Part shown: piece by piece, positions 21,651-31,432 of the stretch
Layout: each line of letters opens with the position of its first letter
Position numbering within the stretch: position 1 is the stretch's first letter
DNA from: Candidatus Eiseniibacteriota bacterium
Lineage (GTDB): Bacteria; Eisenbacteria; RBG-16-71-46
NCBI GenBank assembly: GCA_963725865.1
Contig: CAVSAC010000014.1
Location: 1,344,001-1,408,000, forward strand
Reading direction: 5' to 3'
DNA: 64,000 nucleotides
Translations under genes and position numbers: made by a program
Notes under the pieces: generated by a model
Databases searched by the model: none
Seen by the model: only the letters and a program-made list of their open reading frames with translations
Told to the model about the DNA's origin: nothing

Positions 21651-23087
21651 ATGAAGCACCCCTGGCTGCGCGCGATCCCGCTCGTGCTCGTTCTCGCCCT
21701 GCTAGCGTTCGCGGCCGTGTGGCCCTCGCGCCGCGCACGCGCGAGCGCCCCCGCCGAGCCCGCCGCGGCGGCGTCCATCTACACGAACTGCGATGTCACG
21801 GTGCAATGGGGCGCCGGGGGCTCGACGATCGGCTTCAACCTCGGATCGGGCGTGACACAACCGCTGGTCGAGGGCGTCAACGTGTCGGCGTGCAGTCTCC
21901 AGGCGGTCGCCTACAACTACGCTCAGGCGACGATGGCGCTGGTCGAGTGGGACCCGGTCACGCTCACGCCGGATCCCACCACCGTCGCGCTGCGCTCCCG
22001 GGCCTTCGCCAACTCCGACGTCTACTATGGAGAGACGCAGGCTCGGTGGATGCCTCCTGTGATCGTGCGCCAGGTCGCGGGGCTCGCCGAGCCACCGCGC
22101 ACCAGCGTGGCGCTGGACTTCGTCTCGAACGACGCGATCTACATCTACGCCCAGTACCAGACTTGGGGCCCGGACTGGGTCCCGCGAGCGTACTTCTACG
22201 CACCCGGCACGGCGCGCACGCCGCTCCCAGGACCGCACCCGCTGCTCTCGCATGGTGTCTGTGGTGGCGACTCCACGCTCCAGGGGTTGCGTCTCGTGCA
22301 GAGCGTGATGACCACCGACGTGCTGATCGACACCGCCCGGTACGAGTTGGTGCAGCGGTTCCGAGTTCCGGTCGAAGCGCGTCTGCGCTGGGTGGAATTG
22401 GCGTTCGGCACCATGACGCCACGCTATCCGGTGGTGCCCGGCTGGATCGGCATCCTGGATGCCGGGATCGACGGGCTGCCACCCGCCGTGATCCCCGCCG
22501 GGCTCGTCGGCGCGGCATTTGGAGGCTCGGCCCCGCGGGCGACCGCCTGGGATTCGCACTTTGACTTCGACCACGTCATCACGCTCGAGCCCCGACACGA
22601 CTATTGGCTGGTGGCACGGACCGCCCATGACTATCCGATCTACGCTCGCCAGCGCACCGGTGCCGAAGGCTCGTACTACCAGGCCGACATCGGCGCCCTC
22701 TATGCGCGCTCGACACCGAGCGGCGACTGGACCGAACTGACCGACCAGGCCCTGTGCTTCCGCATCATCGGCGAGCCGACCGGCGTCGCCAGTGTGCCCG
22801 GCGCGGAGCCCGCGCGGCTCGGGCTGGGGCTCGCCATCGCCCCGAACCCGGCGCGCGGCGCGGTGCTGGTGCGCTGGAGCGGTGCGAGTGGGGCCGTGCG
22901 GTTCGAGGTGCTGGATGCCCGCGGCCGCCGCGTGGCGAGCGGCGACGCGGGCGCGGGCGTGAGCGGTGGCTGGACGTGGGGTGCGCTGCGATCGGACGGG
23001 CGGCGCGTGCCGGCGGGGATCTACTTCGTGCGCGCGACCGACGCCGCGGGACACGTGGCGAGCGAGCGAGTGGCGGTGCTGCGATAG
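21651..23087 (+). CDS. Secreted protein, paralog 1 of uncharacterised family, C-terminal FlgD-Ig/T9SS-A-like domain
   Basis: Signal peptide MKHPWLRAIP..; YTNCDV, SACSL, HGVCGGDS, QRFRVP, HDYWL, ALCFRIIGEPTGV; CTD PNPARG..LDARGRRV..PAGIYFVR. Confidence 0.85.
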   Translation: MKHPWLRAIPLVLVLALLAFAAVWPSRRARASAPAEPAAAASIYTNCDVTVQWGAGGSTIGFNLGSGVTQPLVEGVNVSACSLQAVAYNYAQATMALVEWDPVTLTPDPTTVALRSRAFANSDVYYGETQARWMPPVIVRQVAGLAEPPRTSVALDFVSNDAIYIYAQYQTWGPDWVPRAYFYAPGTARTPLPGPHPLLSHGVCGGDSTLQGLRLVQSVMTTDVLIDTARYELVQRFRVPVEARLRWVELAFGTMTPRYPVVPGWIGILDAGIDGLPPAVIPAGLVGAAFGGSAPRATAWDSHFDFDHVITLEPRHDYWLVARTAHDYPIYARQRTGAEGSYYQADIGALYARSTPSGDWTELTDQALCFRIIGEPTGVASVPGAEPARLGLGLAIAPNPARGAVLVRWSGASGAVRFEVLDARGRRVASGDAGAGVSGGWTWGALRSDGRRVPAGIYFVRATDAAGHVASERVAVLR

Positions 23088-23124
23088 CGCGCGTGGCGCG
23101 CCGGCCCGTCGCGCGAGCTGGGAC

Positions 23125-23183
23125 TAGCCTGGAACATCACCAGTCCCGCCGGCTTCCCCCGGCGGGCCGCCTTGGAGGCCGTG
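23125..23183 (+). promoter_or_regulatory. Duplicated promoter/leader of paralog 2
   Basis: TAGCCT (23125-23130), stem CCCGCCGG/CCGGCGGG (23145-23166), GGAGG; homologous to 21592-21650. Confidence 0.55.
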
Positions 23184-24620
23184 ATGAAGCACCCCTGGCT
23201 GCGCGCGATCCCCATCGCTCTGGTCCTCTGTCTGCTCGCACTCGCGGCGCTCTGGCCGTCGCGGAGGGTTCAGGCGAGCGCTCCCGCCGAACCCGCCGCG
23301 GCGGCGACGGTCTACACGAACTGCGACGTGACGGTGCAGTGGGGAGGAAGCGGTGCGACGATCGCCCTCACCGGAGGCTCCGGCGTGACCCAGCCGCTGG
23401 TCGAGGGAATGAACGTCTCGGCGTGCAGTCTCCAGGTGACTCCGGCCAGCTTCATGGGGGGCACCATGGCGTTGGTGTCCTGGGATCCGCTCACGCTCGC
23501 GGCCGATCCCACGACGCTCGCGCTGCGCTCACGCGCCTTCAATGCCTCCGACGTCAGCAGCAACCTGACGCGCATCGTGTGCGACCCGCCGCTCGTGACG
23601 CGGACGATTCCGAGGCTCGCCGAGCCGCCGCGGCCGGGAGTCGCCCTGGATTTCGTGGTCGGATCAGGCACCGGCCTGCTGGCGTTCCCCTACCAGCCCG
23701 CGGGCCCGGTCGGTGTGCCGCCCGCCTCCTACTACGTCAGCGGCGCGCCGCGGGCGCCGCTCTCCGGCACGCATCCGGTCCTCTCGCATGGGGTGTGCGG
23801 CGGCGACTCCACGTTGCAGCGGCTCCGCATCGTGCAGAGCGTGATGACCACGAACGTGTTCATCGACACGACCCAGTACGAGCTCGCTCAGCGCTTCCGG
23901 GTGCCGGAGGAGACGCTCCTGTCGTGGGTGGAGCTGGGCTTCGGAGCCGTGAGCGCGCGGCCGCCGATCGAGCCGGGAGTCCTCGCGATCCTGGATGCCG
24001 AGGGCCAGAGCGAGCCTCCCGCCGTACTGCCGGCCGCACTGGCGAGCGCGACATTCGGCGGCTCCTGGATCGGGACCGGGTGGGGCTCGCACTTCGACTT
24101 CGATCAGCTGGCCCAGTTGGAGCCCGATCACGACTACTGGCTGCTGGCGCGGATCAACCACGACTACGGAGTCTATGCGCGTATTGACGACGACACCGAG
24201 AGTCCCGACTTCATCGCGGCCATCGGGCCGCTCGCGATGCGCACCTCGCCGGGCGGAGCATGGGTGACGCGCACCGACCAGGCGCTGTGCTTCCGCGTCA
24301 TTGGCGAGCCGACCGGAGTCGCCAGCGTGCCCGATCCAGGGCCCGCGCCGCTCGGGCTGCGGCTCGGCGTCGCGCCGAATCCGGCGCGCGGCGCGGTGCT
24401 GGTGCGGTGGGCCGGCGCGAGCGGCGCGGTGCGGTTCGAGGTACTGGACGCACGCGGCCGCCGCGTGGCCGCGGGCGATGCCGGCGCGGGCGTGAGCGGC
24501 GGCTGGACGTGGAGCGCGACGCGCGGCGACGGGCAGCGGGTGCCCGCCGGGATCTACTTCGTGCGCGCGACCGACGCCGCGGGCCACGCGGCGAGCGAGC
24601 GCGTGACGGTGCTCCGATAG
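23184..24620 (+). CDS. Secreted protein, paralog 2 of uncharacterised family
   Basis: Same motifs and same length (478 aa) as paralog 1. Confidence 0.85.
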   Translation: MKHPWLRAIPIALVLCLLALAALWPSRRVQASAPAEPAAAATVYTNCDVTVQWGGSGATIALTGGSGVTQPLVEGMNVSACSLQVTPASFMGGTMALVSWDPLTLAADPTTLALRSRAFNASDVSSNLTRIVCDPPLVTRTIPRLAEPPRPGVALDFVVGSGTGLLAFPYQPAGPVGVPPASYYVSGAPRAPLSGTHPVLSHGVCGGDSTLQRLRIVQSVMTTNVFIDTTQYELAQRFRVPEETLLSWVELGFGAVSARPPIEPGVLAILDAEGQSEPPAVLPAALASATFGGSWIGTGWGSHFDFDQLAQLEPDHDYWLLARINHDYGVYARIDDDTESPDFIAAIGPLAMRTSPGGAWVTRTDQALCFRVIGEPTGVASVPDPGPAPLGLRLGVAPNPARGAVLVRWAGASGAVRFEVLDARGRRVAAGDAGAGVSGGWTWSATRGDGQRVPAGIYFVRATDAAGHAASERVTVLR

Positions 24621-24730
24621 GGCGAGGGGCTCACACCACGAAAGAGCTTCGAGCGTAGCCTCCGGGCGGCTAGACTTTCGCTGCTTCGCTCAGCGCATCG
24701 CCCTTCGCGGTCGACTCCAGGAGCCTCTCG

Positions 24731-26164
24731 ATGAAGCGTCGGTGGCGGCGTCTCGTTCCGATCATCGCCGTGGCGGCCCTGCTGGTCGCGACCGCGTTGC
24801 TGCCCTCGCGCCGCGCGCGCGCACGAACCGAATCCGCCGCCGCCGTGGCGACGACGTACACGAATTGCGATGTCGTGGTGCAGACGGGCGGTCACGGAGC
24901 CACCGTCGGGATCGTGAACGGCGCAGGCGTGGTCCAACCGCTGCGCACGGACATGAACGCCTCGGCCTGCAGCCTCGAAGTGATGCCGTATGCCCTCAAC
25001 TACGCCTCGATGGATCTGGTGGAGTGGGATCCGCTCGCCCTGGCGCCCGATCCCACCACCGTCACCCTTCGCAGCCGCGGCTTCGACGCCTCGTCGGTGT
25101 ACTACGGCCAGGTCCACACCGTGTGGGCACCGCCGCTGGTCACGCGGCAGGCTCCGCGCCTCGCCGAGCCACCGCGTGGCACGGTGGCGCTCGAACTGTG
25201 GGCTGACCATACGGGCGGCAGCACCCTCGGCGTGCAGTATCAGACCGAGGGGCCGCCCGACGTCCCGATCGCCTACCTCGCCGCCGTCACCGGCTCGCAC
25301 GCGCCGCTGCTGGGCGCTCACGCCGTGCTCTCGCACGGCGTTTGCGGCGGTGACTCCACCCTTCAGGCGCTGAGGGTCGTGCAGTGCGTGCGCACCGTCG
25401 ACGCGCTGCTCGATTCCAACTACTACGAGGTGATGCAGCGCTTCCGCGTGCCGGTCGAGGCACGATTGCGCTGGGCGGAGCTGGCCTTCGGCGCGGTGTC
25501 CCCGCGCTCTCCGCTGGTGTTCGGTCGCGTCGCGATCCTCGATGCCGCGCCGGACGGGCCGCCGCCGGCGCTGCTCCCTCCCGAGCTCGTCGGCGCCGCG
25601 CTCGGCTCCGTCCTGACGGGCGCCTGGAACACGCACTACGACTTCGATCACATCATCACGCTGGAGCCGGACCACGACTACTGGCTGCTGGCGCGCACCG
25701 CACACGACTACGGGCTCTACACGCACTATCGCGATGGAAGCGAAGGCCCCGACTACGTCGCAGCCATCGGCGGTCTCTACACGCGCGTCAAGCCGGACCT
25801 TGGGTTCTCCGAGCAGGTCGGCAGCACGCTCTGCTTCAAGTTGATCGGCGAGCCGACCGGAGTCGCGAGCGTGCCCGACCCCGCGCCCGCGCCGCTCGGG
25901 CTACGGCTCGGTATCACGCCGAACCCGGCGCGCGGCGCGGTGCTGGTGCGCTGGTCCGGAGCGAGCGGTGCGCTGCGATTCGAGGTGCTCGACGCGCGCG
26001 GCCGCCGCGTGGCCGCCGGCGCCGAAGGCACGGGCACGAGCGGCAGCTGGACGTGGAACGCGGCGCGGAGCGAGGGCTCGGCACTGCCGGCGGGGATCTA
26101 CTTCGTGCGCGCGACCGACGCCGCGGGGCACGCGGCGGCCGCGCGCGTGGCGCTGGTCCGGTAG
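24731..26164 (+). CDS. Secreted protein, paralog 3 of uncharacterised family
   Basis: Signal peptide; YTNCDV, SACSL, HGVCGGDS, QRFRVP, HDYWL, LCFKLIGEPTGV; same CTD. Confidence 0.85.
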   Translation: MKRRWRRLVPIIAVAALLVATALLPSRRARARTESAAAVATTYTNCDVVVQTGGHGATVGIVNGAGVVQPLRTDMNASACSLEVMPYALNYASMDLVEWDPLALAPDPTTVTLRSRGFDASSVYYGQVHTVWAPPLVTRQAPRLAEPPRGTVALELWADHTGGSTLGVQYQTEGPPDVPIAYLAAVTGSHAPLLGAHAVLSHGVCGGDSTLQALRVVQCVRTVDALLDSNYYEVMQRFRVPVEARLRWAELAFGAVSPRSPLVFGRVAILDAAPDGPPPALLPPELVGAALGSVLTGAWNTHYDFDHIITLEPDHDYWLLARTAHDYGLYTHYRDGSEGPDYVAAIGGLYTRVKPDLGFSEQVGSTLCFKLIGEPTGVASVPDPAPAPLGLRLGITPNPARGAVLVRWSGASGALRFEVLDARGRRVAAGAEGTGTSGSWTWNAARSEGSALPAGIYFVRATDAAGHAAAARVALVR

Positions 26165-26177
26165 GCCGCCGCGCTCC

Positions 26178-27407
26178 ATGACCGCGCATCGCGTCCATCC
26201 CTGGGTGTTCATGCTGCTCACGCTGCCGTTCGGGGCGTCGGCGGGCTACGTCACGGTCACGCTCGCATGGCAGCTCCAGCACGCGGGCGTGGCGGTCGCG
26301 CCGATCGCCGCGATCGTGGCGCTGATGCTGCTGCCGAACGCATGGAAGTTCCTGTGGGCGCCGATCACCGATGCCACGCTCGATCCCAAGACCTGGTACG
26401 TGATCGCCGGTGTCGTGAACGCGCTCGGGGTCGCGGTGCTCGGCATGATCCCGGCGACGCAGGGCGGGCTGCGCGCGCTGTCGGTGGCGGTCGCGCTCGG
26501 CAGCTTCGCCGCCACGTTCCTCGGTTTCGCGATCAGCAGCCTGATGGCGCACTGCACGCCCGACGAGGAGAAGGGGCGCGCCGCGGGCTGGAACCAGGCC
26601 GGCAACCTCGGCGGCAGCGGGATCGGTGGCGGCCTCGGGCTGTGGCTGCTGCAGCGCGTGCCGCACCCGGCGGTCGCGAGCTCGGTCGTCGGCGCGCTGT
26701 GCCTGGCGTGCTGCCTCGGACTGATCGGGCTCCCGCGACCCGAGCGCACGCACGGACACGAAGGGCTGGGGCGCGGGCTCCTCGACGTGGTGCGCGACCT
26801 GTGGCACATGGTGCGCGAGCACGCGGGGATGCTGGCGCTGATCCTGTGCCTGCTGCCGATCGGCTCGGGTGCGGCGAGCGGGCTGTGGTCGGCGGTCGCG
26901 GGGGAGTGGAAGGCCTCGGCCGACACCGTCGCGCTGGTCACGGGCGTGCTCTCGGGCCTGATCTCCGCCGCGGGCTGCGTGGTGGGCGGCTGGATCTGCG
27001 ACCGCATGGACCGCAAGGGCGCCTACGTCGCGTTCGGCATCCTGCAGGCCGCGTGTGCCGTCGGCATGGCGACGTTCCCGCGCACCGAGGCGATGTTCGT
27101 GGTGTGGACCTCGCTCTACGCGTTCATCATGGGGCTCACGTACGCGGGATTCGCGGCGTTCGCGCTCGAGGCCATCGGTCACGGCGCGGCGGCGACCAAG
27201 TTCAGCATCTTCGCGTCGCTCTCGAACATGCCCATCTACTACATGACCAACGTCGACGGCTGGGCGCACGACCGCTGGAACTCGGCGGGCATGCTGAGCA
27301 CCGAGGCGCTCCTGTGCCTGACGGGCGCGCTCGCGTTCGGCGTGCTCGCTCTGGTGATGCGACGGATGCGCCCGCGCCCGGCGGCCGTGACCGGCGGACG
27401 ACCGTGA
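26178..27407 (+). CDS. MFS transporter, AmpG/acetyl-CoA transporter-like
   Basis: About 12 TM; WKFLWAP and GGWICDRMDRK motifs. Confidence 0.8.
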   Translation: MTAHRVHPWVFMLLTLPFGASAGYVTVTLAWQLQHAGVAVAPIAAIVALMLLPNAWKFLWAPITDATLDPKTWYVIAGVVNALGVAVLGMIPATQGGLRALSVAVALGSFAATFLGFAISSLMAHCTPDEEKGRAAGWNQAGNLGGSGIGGGLGLWLLQRVPHPAVASSVVGALCLACCLGLIGLPRPERTHGHEGLGRGLLDVVRDLWHMVREHAGMLALILCLLPIGSGAASGLWSAVAGEWKASADTVALVTGVLSGLISAAGCVVGGWICDRMDRKGAYVAFGILQAACAVGMATFPRTEAMFVVWTSLYAFIMGLTYAGFAAFALEAIGHGAAATKFSIFASLSNMPIYYMTNVDGWAHDRWNSAGMLSTEALLCLTGALAFGVLALVMRRMRPRPAAVTGGRP

Positions 27408-28684
27408 GTCCGCGCCCGGCCGCGCTCGCGCTGGCGGCGATCGCCACTCTGGCGCTGGCGACCGCGGCGCTGGCGATCGCCGCGCGCGGCGCGGCGCCGG
27501 GCCTCGTGCGTGACAGCTCCGCGGCCCGCCGCGTGCCGGCGTTTCCCGCGCGCACGAGTCCCGACGACGCGCCGCGGCTGATCCCGCCGATTCGCCCGGG
27601 TCTGCGCGTGCCCGGCCGGATCCACGCCGGTCTGGTCGAGACCGTGATCGCGCGCGGGATCGACAGCCCGGTGAGCATGGCGATCGCGCCCGACGACCGC
27701 ATCTTCGTCTGCGAGCAGGGCGGGCGCCTGCGGGTGATCCGCGACGGCGAGCTGCTGGCGAAGCCGTTCGTGGTCGTGCCCGCGCACGCCGAGATCGAAG
27801 AAGGCCTGCTCGGAGTCGCGTTCGATCCCGAGTTCCCGAGGCGGCCGTTCGTCTACGTGTGCTACACCGCCGGCGCGCCGGCGCGCCACAACCGCGTCGA
27901 GCGCTACACCGCCTCCGGCGACACCGCGCTGCCGGGCAGCGCCCGCGTGCTGATCGACCTCGACCCGCATCGCAACCACCTCCACGTCGGCGGGGCGCTG
28001 CGCTTCGGGCGCGACGGCATGCTGTACATCGGGACCGGCGACAACGACCTCGAGTCGCTCGCGCAGAGCCTGGGCTCGACGTTCGGCAAGCTGATGCGCA
28101 TCGACCGCGACGGCGGGATTCCGCCCGACGGTCCGTTCGTGAACACCGCGCGCGGGATCCATCGCGCGATCTGGGCGCGCGGGCTGCGCAATGTCTTCAG
28201 CTTCGACGTCGAGCCGGGCAGCGGCCGGATGTTCATCAACGACGTTGGTGCGAGCGCCTACGAGGAGATCGACGAGGGTGCGGCGGGCGCCAACTACGGC
28301 TGGCCGCTCTACGAAGGGCCGCGAGGCGACGAGCACTTCCGCGCGCCGCTGTACGCGTACGGCCACGACGCCGGCTGCGCGATCACCGGGGGCGCGTTCT
28401 ACCGGCCCGCGCGACCGGCGCTGCCGACCGAGTGGTTCGGACGCTACCTGTTCGCCGACTACTGCGCCGCCGAGATCCGCTGGATCGATCCCGCCGCCCC
28501 CGCGCGCAGCGGGGTGCTGGGCCGCACGCTGGTGCAGGGCCCGGTCGACCTGCGCGTCGGGCCGGATGGCGCGCTCTACTACCTCGCGCGCGGCAACGCG
28601 AGCCCGGTGGGCGGCGAGCACACGGCGAGCGGCATCGTGGTACGGGTCGCGAGCCTCGCCGGTTCCGAGCGTGGAGCGCGCTGA
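27404..28684 (+). CDS. PQQ-dependent sugar dehydrogenase family (GSDH beta-propeller), exported
   Basis: GTGA overlap with the MFS gene; signal peptide; EEGLLGVAFDP, HVGGALRFGRDGMLY, GKLMRI, GLRN and NYGWP motifs. Confidence 0.88.
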   Translation: MSPRPAALALAAIATLALATAALAIAARGAAPGLVRDSSAARRVPAFPARTSPDDAPRLIPPIRPGLRVPGRIHAGLVETVIARGIDSPVSMAIAPDDRIFVCEQGGRLRVIRDGELLAKPFVVVPAHAEIEEGLLGVAFDPEFPRRPFVYVCYTAGAPARHNRVERYTASGDTALPGSARVLIDLDPHRNHLHVGGALRFGRDGMLYIGTGDNDLESLAQSLGSTFGKLMRIDRDGGIPPDGPFVNTARGIHRAIWARGLRNVFSFDVEPGSGRMFINDVGASAYEEIDEGAAGANYGWPLYEGPRGDEHFRAPLYAYGHDAGCAITGGAFYRPARPALPTEWFGRYLFADYCAAEIRWIDPAAPARSGVLGRTLVQGPVDLRVGPDGALYYLARGNASPVGGEHTASGIVVRVASLAGSERGAR

Positions 28685-28802
28685 CGGGCGAGAATCCGCT
28701 GTCACGTCCCTCGCGCCGGGACTACCTTGAGCGCGCTCGGCCCGCCGCGCGCCCCCGCCGGCGGCCGCGCGCGTGCCCGCCCGCCACCCATGCGGAGGTC
28801 GG

Positions 28803-29132
28803 TTGTCCCTGCGGCTCGTTCGGGTCCTCGCACCGCTCTCGGTCGGCGCACTGCTGTGGTTCGCCGCCGCGGCGCCCGCGTGGCGCGCCACGCCCAACCC
28901 AGCGCGCGATCTTGCGCTGGTGCGCTGGAGCGGCGCGACCGGCGAGGTGCGGCTCGAGGTGCTCGACGCGCGCGGGCGGCGCGTGGGCACGGGTGTCGCT
29001 GGTGCCGCCGGTAGCTGGACCTGGCGTATCGCGCCGACCGGGCGGCGCCCGCTGTCCGCCGGTGTGTACTTCGTGCGCGTCACCGACGGCGCGGGACGGC
29101 GCGCGCCGGCGCGCGTGGTGGTGGTGCGATAG
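28803..29132 (+). CDS. Mini-protein: signal peptide fused directly to the FlgD-Ig/T9SS-A-like C-terminal domain
   Basis: TTG start after GGAGG. MSLRLVRVLAPLSVGALLWFAAAAPA, then WRATPNPARD..VRWSGA..LEVLDARGRRV..WTW..AGVYFVR..RVVVVR. Confidence 0.7.
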   Translation: MSLRLVRVLAPLSVGALLWFAAAAPAWRATPNPARDLALVRWSGATGEVRLEVLDARGRRVGTGVAGAAGSWTWRIAPTGRRPLSAGVYFVRVTDGAGRRAPARVVVVR

Positions 29133-29152
29133 GCCGCCTCGCGCGCATCACC

Positions 29153-31255
29153 GTGCGAGCGGCGCTCGCGCTCGCGATCCTCGGCTTCGCCCCGGCGCTG
29201 CTCGATCCGTTCACCCCCCTGAAGGCCGCCGTGCTGCGCGTGGCGGGGCTCGGGCTGCTGGCCGGCGTGCTCGCCGCGTGGTGGGCGGGCAGTCGCGGCG
29301 CGCGCCCGGATGCCCACCGCGCGCCCTCTACGCACGGTCGCGCGACGCCGGCCGTCACCCGCTTGGTCGATCTCGCGGTGATCGCGTGGGTGACATCGTC
29401 GATCGTCTCGACGCTCGCGGGCGTCGCGCCGCGACTCAGCCTCGTGGGCGAGATCGAGCAGCGCGAGGGCCTGCTGACCACGCTCGCGCTGGCCGGGCTC
29501 TACGCCGGCACCCGTGCGGCGCACGCCACTCCCGCGCACGCGCGCCGCACGCTCGACGTGGTGCTGACGTGCGCCGCGATCGCGGCGGGCTACGCGCTGA
29601 TCCAGTTCGCCGGCCTCGATCCGCTGCGCTGGGCGGGCGCGGCGCTCTATCCCGACGCGGGCGCCGCAGTGACGCGTCCGGCGGCCACGCTCGGCAATCC
29701 GATCCTGCTGGGTGCCGTGCTCGCCGCCGCGCTGGGGGTCGCGGTCGCGCGGCTCGCGGGCGGGCGCTCGCCGGCGTGGCGCGCGGGCGCGCTCGCGGTG
29801 CTGCTGGGGGCGGCGTGCGTGGCGACCCTCTCTCGCGGCGCGTGGCTGGCCGCGGCGGCCGGGACGCTGGCGGCGCTCGCGACCGCAGGGCGCGCGGACG
29901 CTCCGCACTCCAGACGGCGCGCGGCGCTCGCGCTCGCGACCGTGGTGCTGCCGGTGGGTGCCTGGAGCGCGTTCGTGCTGGGCGGGCCGGTCATCGCGCG
30001 GCTCGCCGAGGGGGCGCATCCCGAGGCGGCCTCGCTGCCGGCGCGGATCGAGATCGCGCGCGCCGCGCTCGCGCTGTGGCGTTCCCACCCGTGGCTCGGC
30101 ACCGGCCCCGACACGTTCGGCCTGATGTTCCCGATCGCGCAGACGCCGGCGTTCTGGCGCGCCGACTGGCTCGGCCTGCCGGTGCACGCGCACTCGGCGG
30201 CGCTCCAGGTGCTCGCCACCGGCGGGGTGCTCGGCGTGCTGGCGGGTGCGCTGTGGCTGGCCGCGCTGGCAGCGGGCGCGGACTCCGCGTGGCGCGCGGG
30301 CGGCGCGGCGCGCGCTCCGGCGCTCGATGCCACCGCGGGTGCCGCCGCGCTGATCGTGGCGGGCGCGCTCAATCCCGTCGGGCTCGCGGGTGCGGCGGTG
30401 TTCGTGGTGCTGGGCGGATTGCTCGCAGCGAGCGCGCGGGCGGCGGCGACCGACGGCGCCGCCGCCGCGCGTCCACCCCGGCTCGCGATCGTCTCGGGTG
30501 CCGCGGTGGCGATCGGTGTCGCGCTGGCGGCCGGACCCGAGCTGGCGGCGCTGGCCGATGCCGGACTCGCGCGCGATGCGCTGACGCGCGCGGCCGAAGC
30601 TCCCGGCGGCGCGCCGCCGGAGGTCGTCGAGCGCGCGGTGGAGCGGGCGGAGACGGCCGCGCGGCGGGCACCGGGCGAGGACGAGCTGGAACGGCTCGCG
30701 AGCGACGCCGCGCTGCTGCTGGCGCGCCAGCGAGGCGCCGCAGGCGATCCCGTCGCCGCCGCCGCCGCGGTCGCGCGGGCGGAGTCATCCGCGCGGCGCG
30801 CAGTGGCGCTCCAGCCGCGCCGCGCGTCGAACCTGCAGCGGCTGGCAAACGCGCTCGCGCTGCGCGCCCGGCTGGCGCGTGCCGGAGTGCCCGCCGGGCG
30901 CCCGGCCACCGAGGCGGCGATGCTGACGCAACTCTCGGACGCGACGTTCGACGCGGCCGCGGCGCTCGCACCGTGCGACGCGCTGCTGCTCACCGACCGG
31001 GTGCGCGCGTGCCTCGAGGCGGGGCGACCGCAGGCAGCGCTGGCGAGCGCGCGTCGCGTCGTCGCACTGTATCCCGCGGCTGGACCCGCGCACGCGCTCG
31101 AGGCGGCCGCCGATCTCGCGCTCGGCGATCGCGCCGGCGCGCTCGCGGCGCTGCGCCGCGCCCGAGCGGCGTACTGGGAAGCCGGCACCGAGCGCGAGCG
31201 CGCCGCCGTGACTCGCACACTGGAGTCGCTCGCTCGCGCCCCGGTCGCGCGCTGA
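29153..31255 (+). CDS. O-antigen ligase / O-oligosaccharyltransferase-like (Wzy_C) membrane protein with C-terminal TPR-like region
   Basis: ATLGNPILLG, TLSRGAWLA, RIEI..A..LWRSHPWLGTGPDTF and HAHSAALQVLATGGVLG motifs; Ala-rich helical C-terminus. Confidence 0.8.
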   Translation: MRAALALAILGFAPALLDPFTPLKAAVLRVAGLGLLAGVLAAWWAGSRGARPDAHRAPSTHGRATPAVTRLVDLAVIAWVTSSIVSTLAGVAPRLSLVGEIEQREGLLTTLALAGLYAGTRAAHATPAHARRTLDVVLTCAAIAAGYALIQFAGLDPLRWAGAALYPDAGAAVTRPAATLGNPILLGAVLAAALGVAVARLAGGRSPAWRAGALAVLLGAACVATLSRGAWLAAAAGTLAALATAGRADAPHSRRRAALALATVVLPVGAWSAFVLGGPVIARLAEGAHPEAASLPARIEIARAALALWRSHPWLGTGPDTFGLMFPIAQTPAFWRADWLGLPVHAHSAALQVLATGGVLGVLAGALWLAALAAGADSAWRAGGAARAPALDATAGAAALIVAGALNPVGLAGAAVFVVLGGLLAASARAAATDGAAAARPPRLAIVSGAAVAIGVALAAGPELAALADAGLARDALTRAAEAPGGAPPEVVERAVERAETAARRAPGEDELERLASDAALLLARQRGAAGDPVAAAAAVARAESSARRAVALQPRRASNLQRLANALALRARLARAGVPAGRPATEAAMLTQLSDATFDAAAALAPCDALLLTDRVRACLEAGRPQAALASARRVVALYPAAGPAHALEAAADLALGDRAGALAALRRARAAYWEAGTERERAAVTRTLESLARAPVAR

Positions 31256-31432
31256 CGCGGCCGCCCGTCGTCGTCCACCGCCGCGCGACCGTCGTGCGGT
31301 CACACGCGAGAGACCCGGTCGCGACCGAGAAAGCGCTATCGTCGCGCCCCGCGCGCGGACTACCCTCGCACCCGGACCCGTTCGATCCCCTCGCGTGCAT
31401 GGTGTTGGTCCGCTCTGGCCAGGGAGGCCTGC

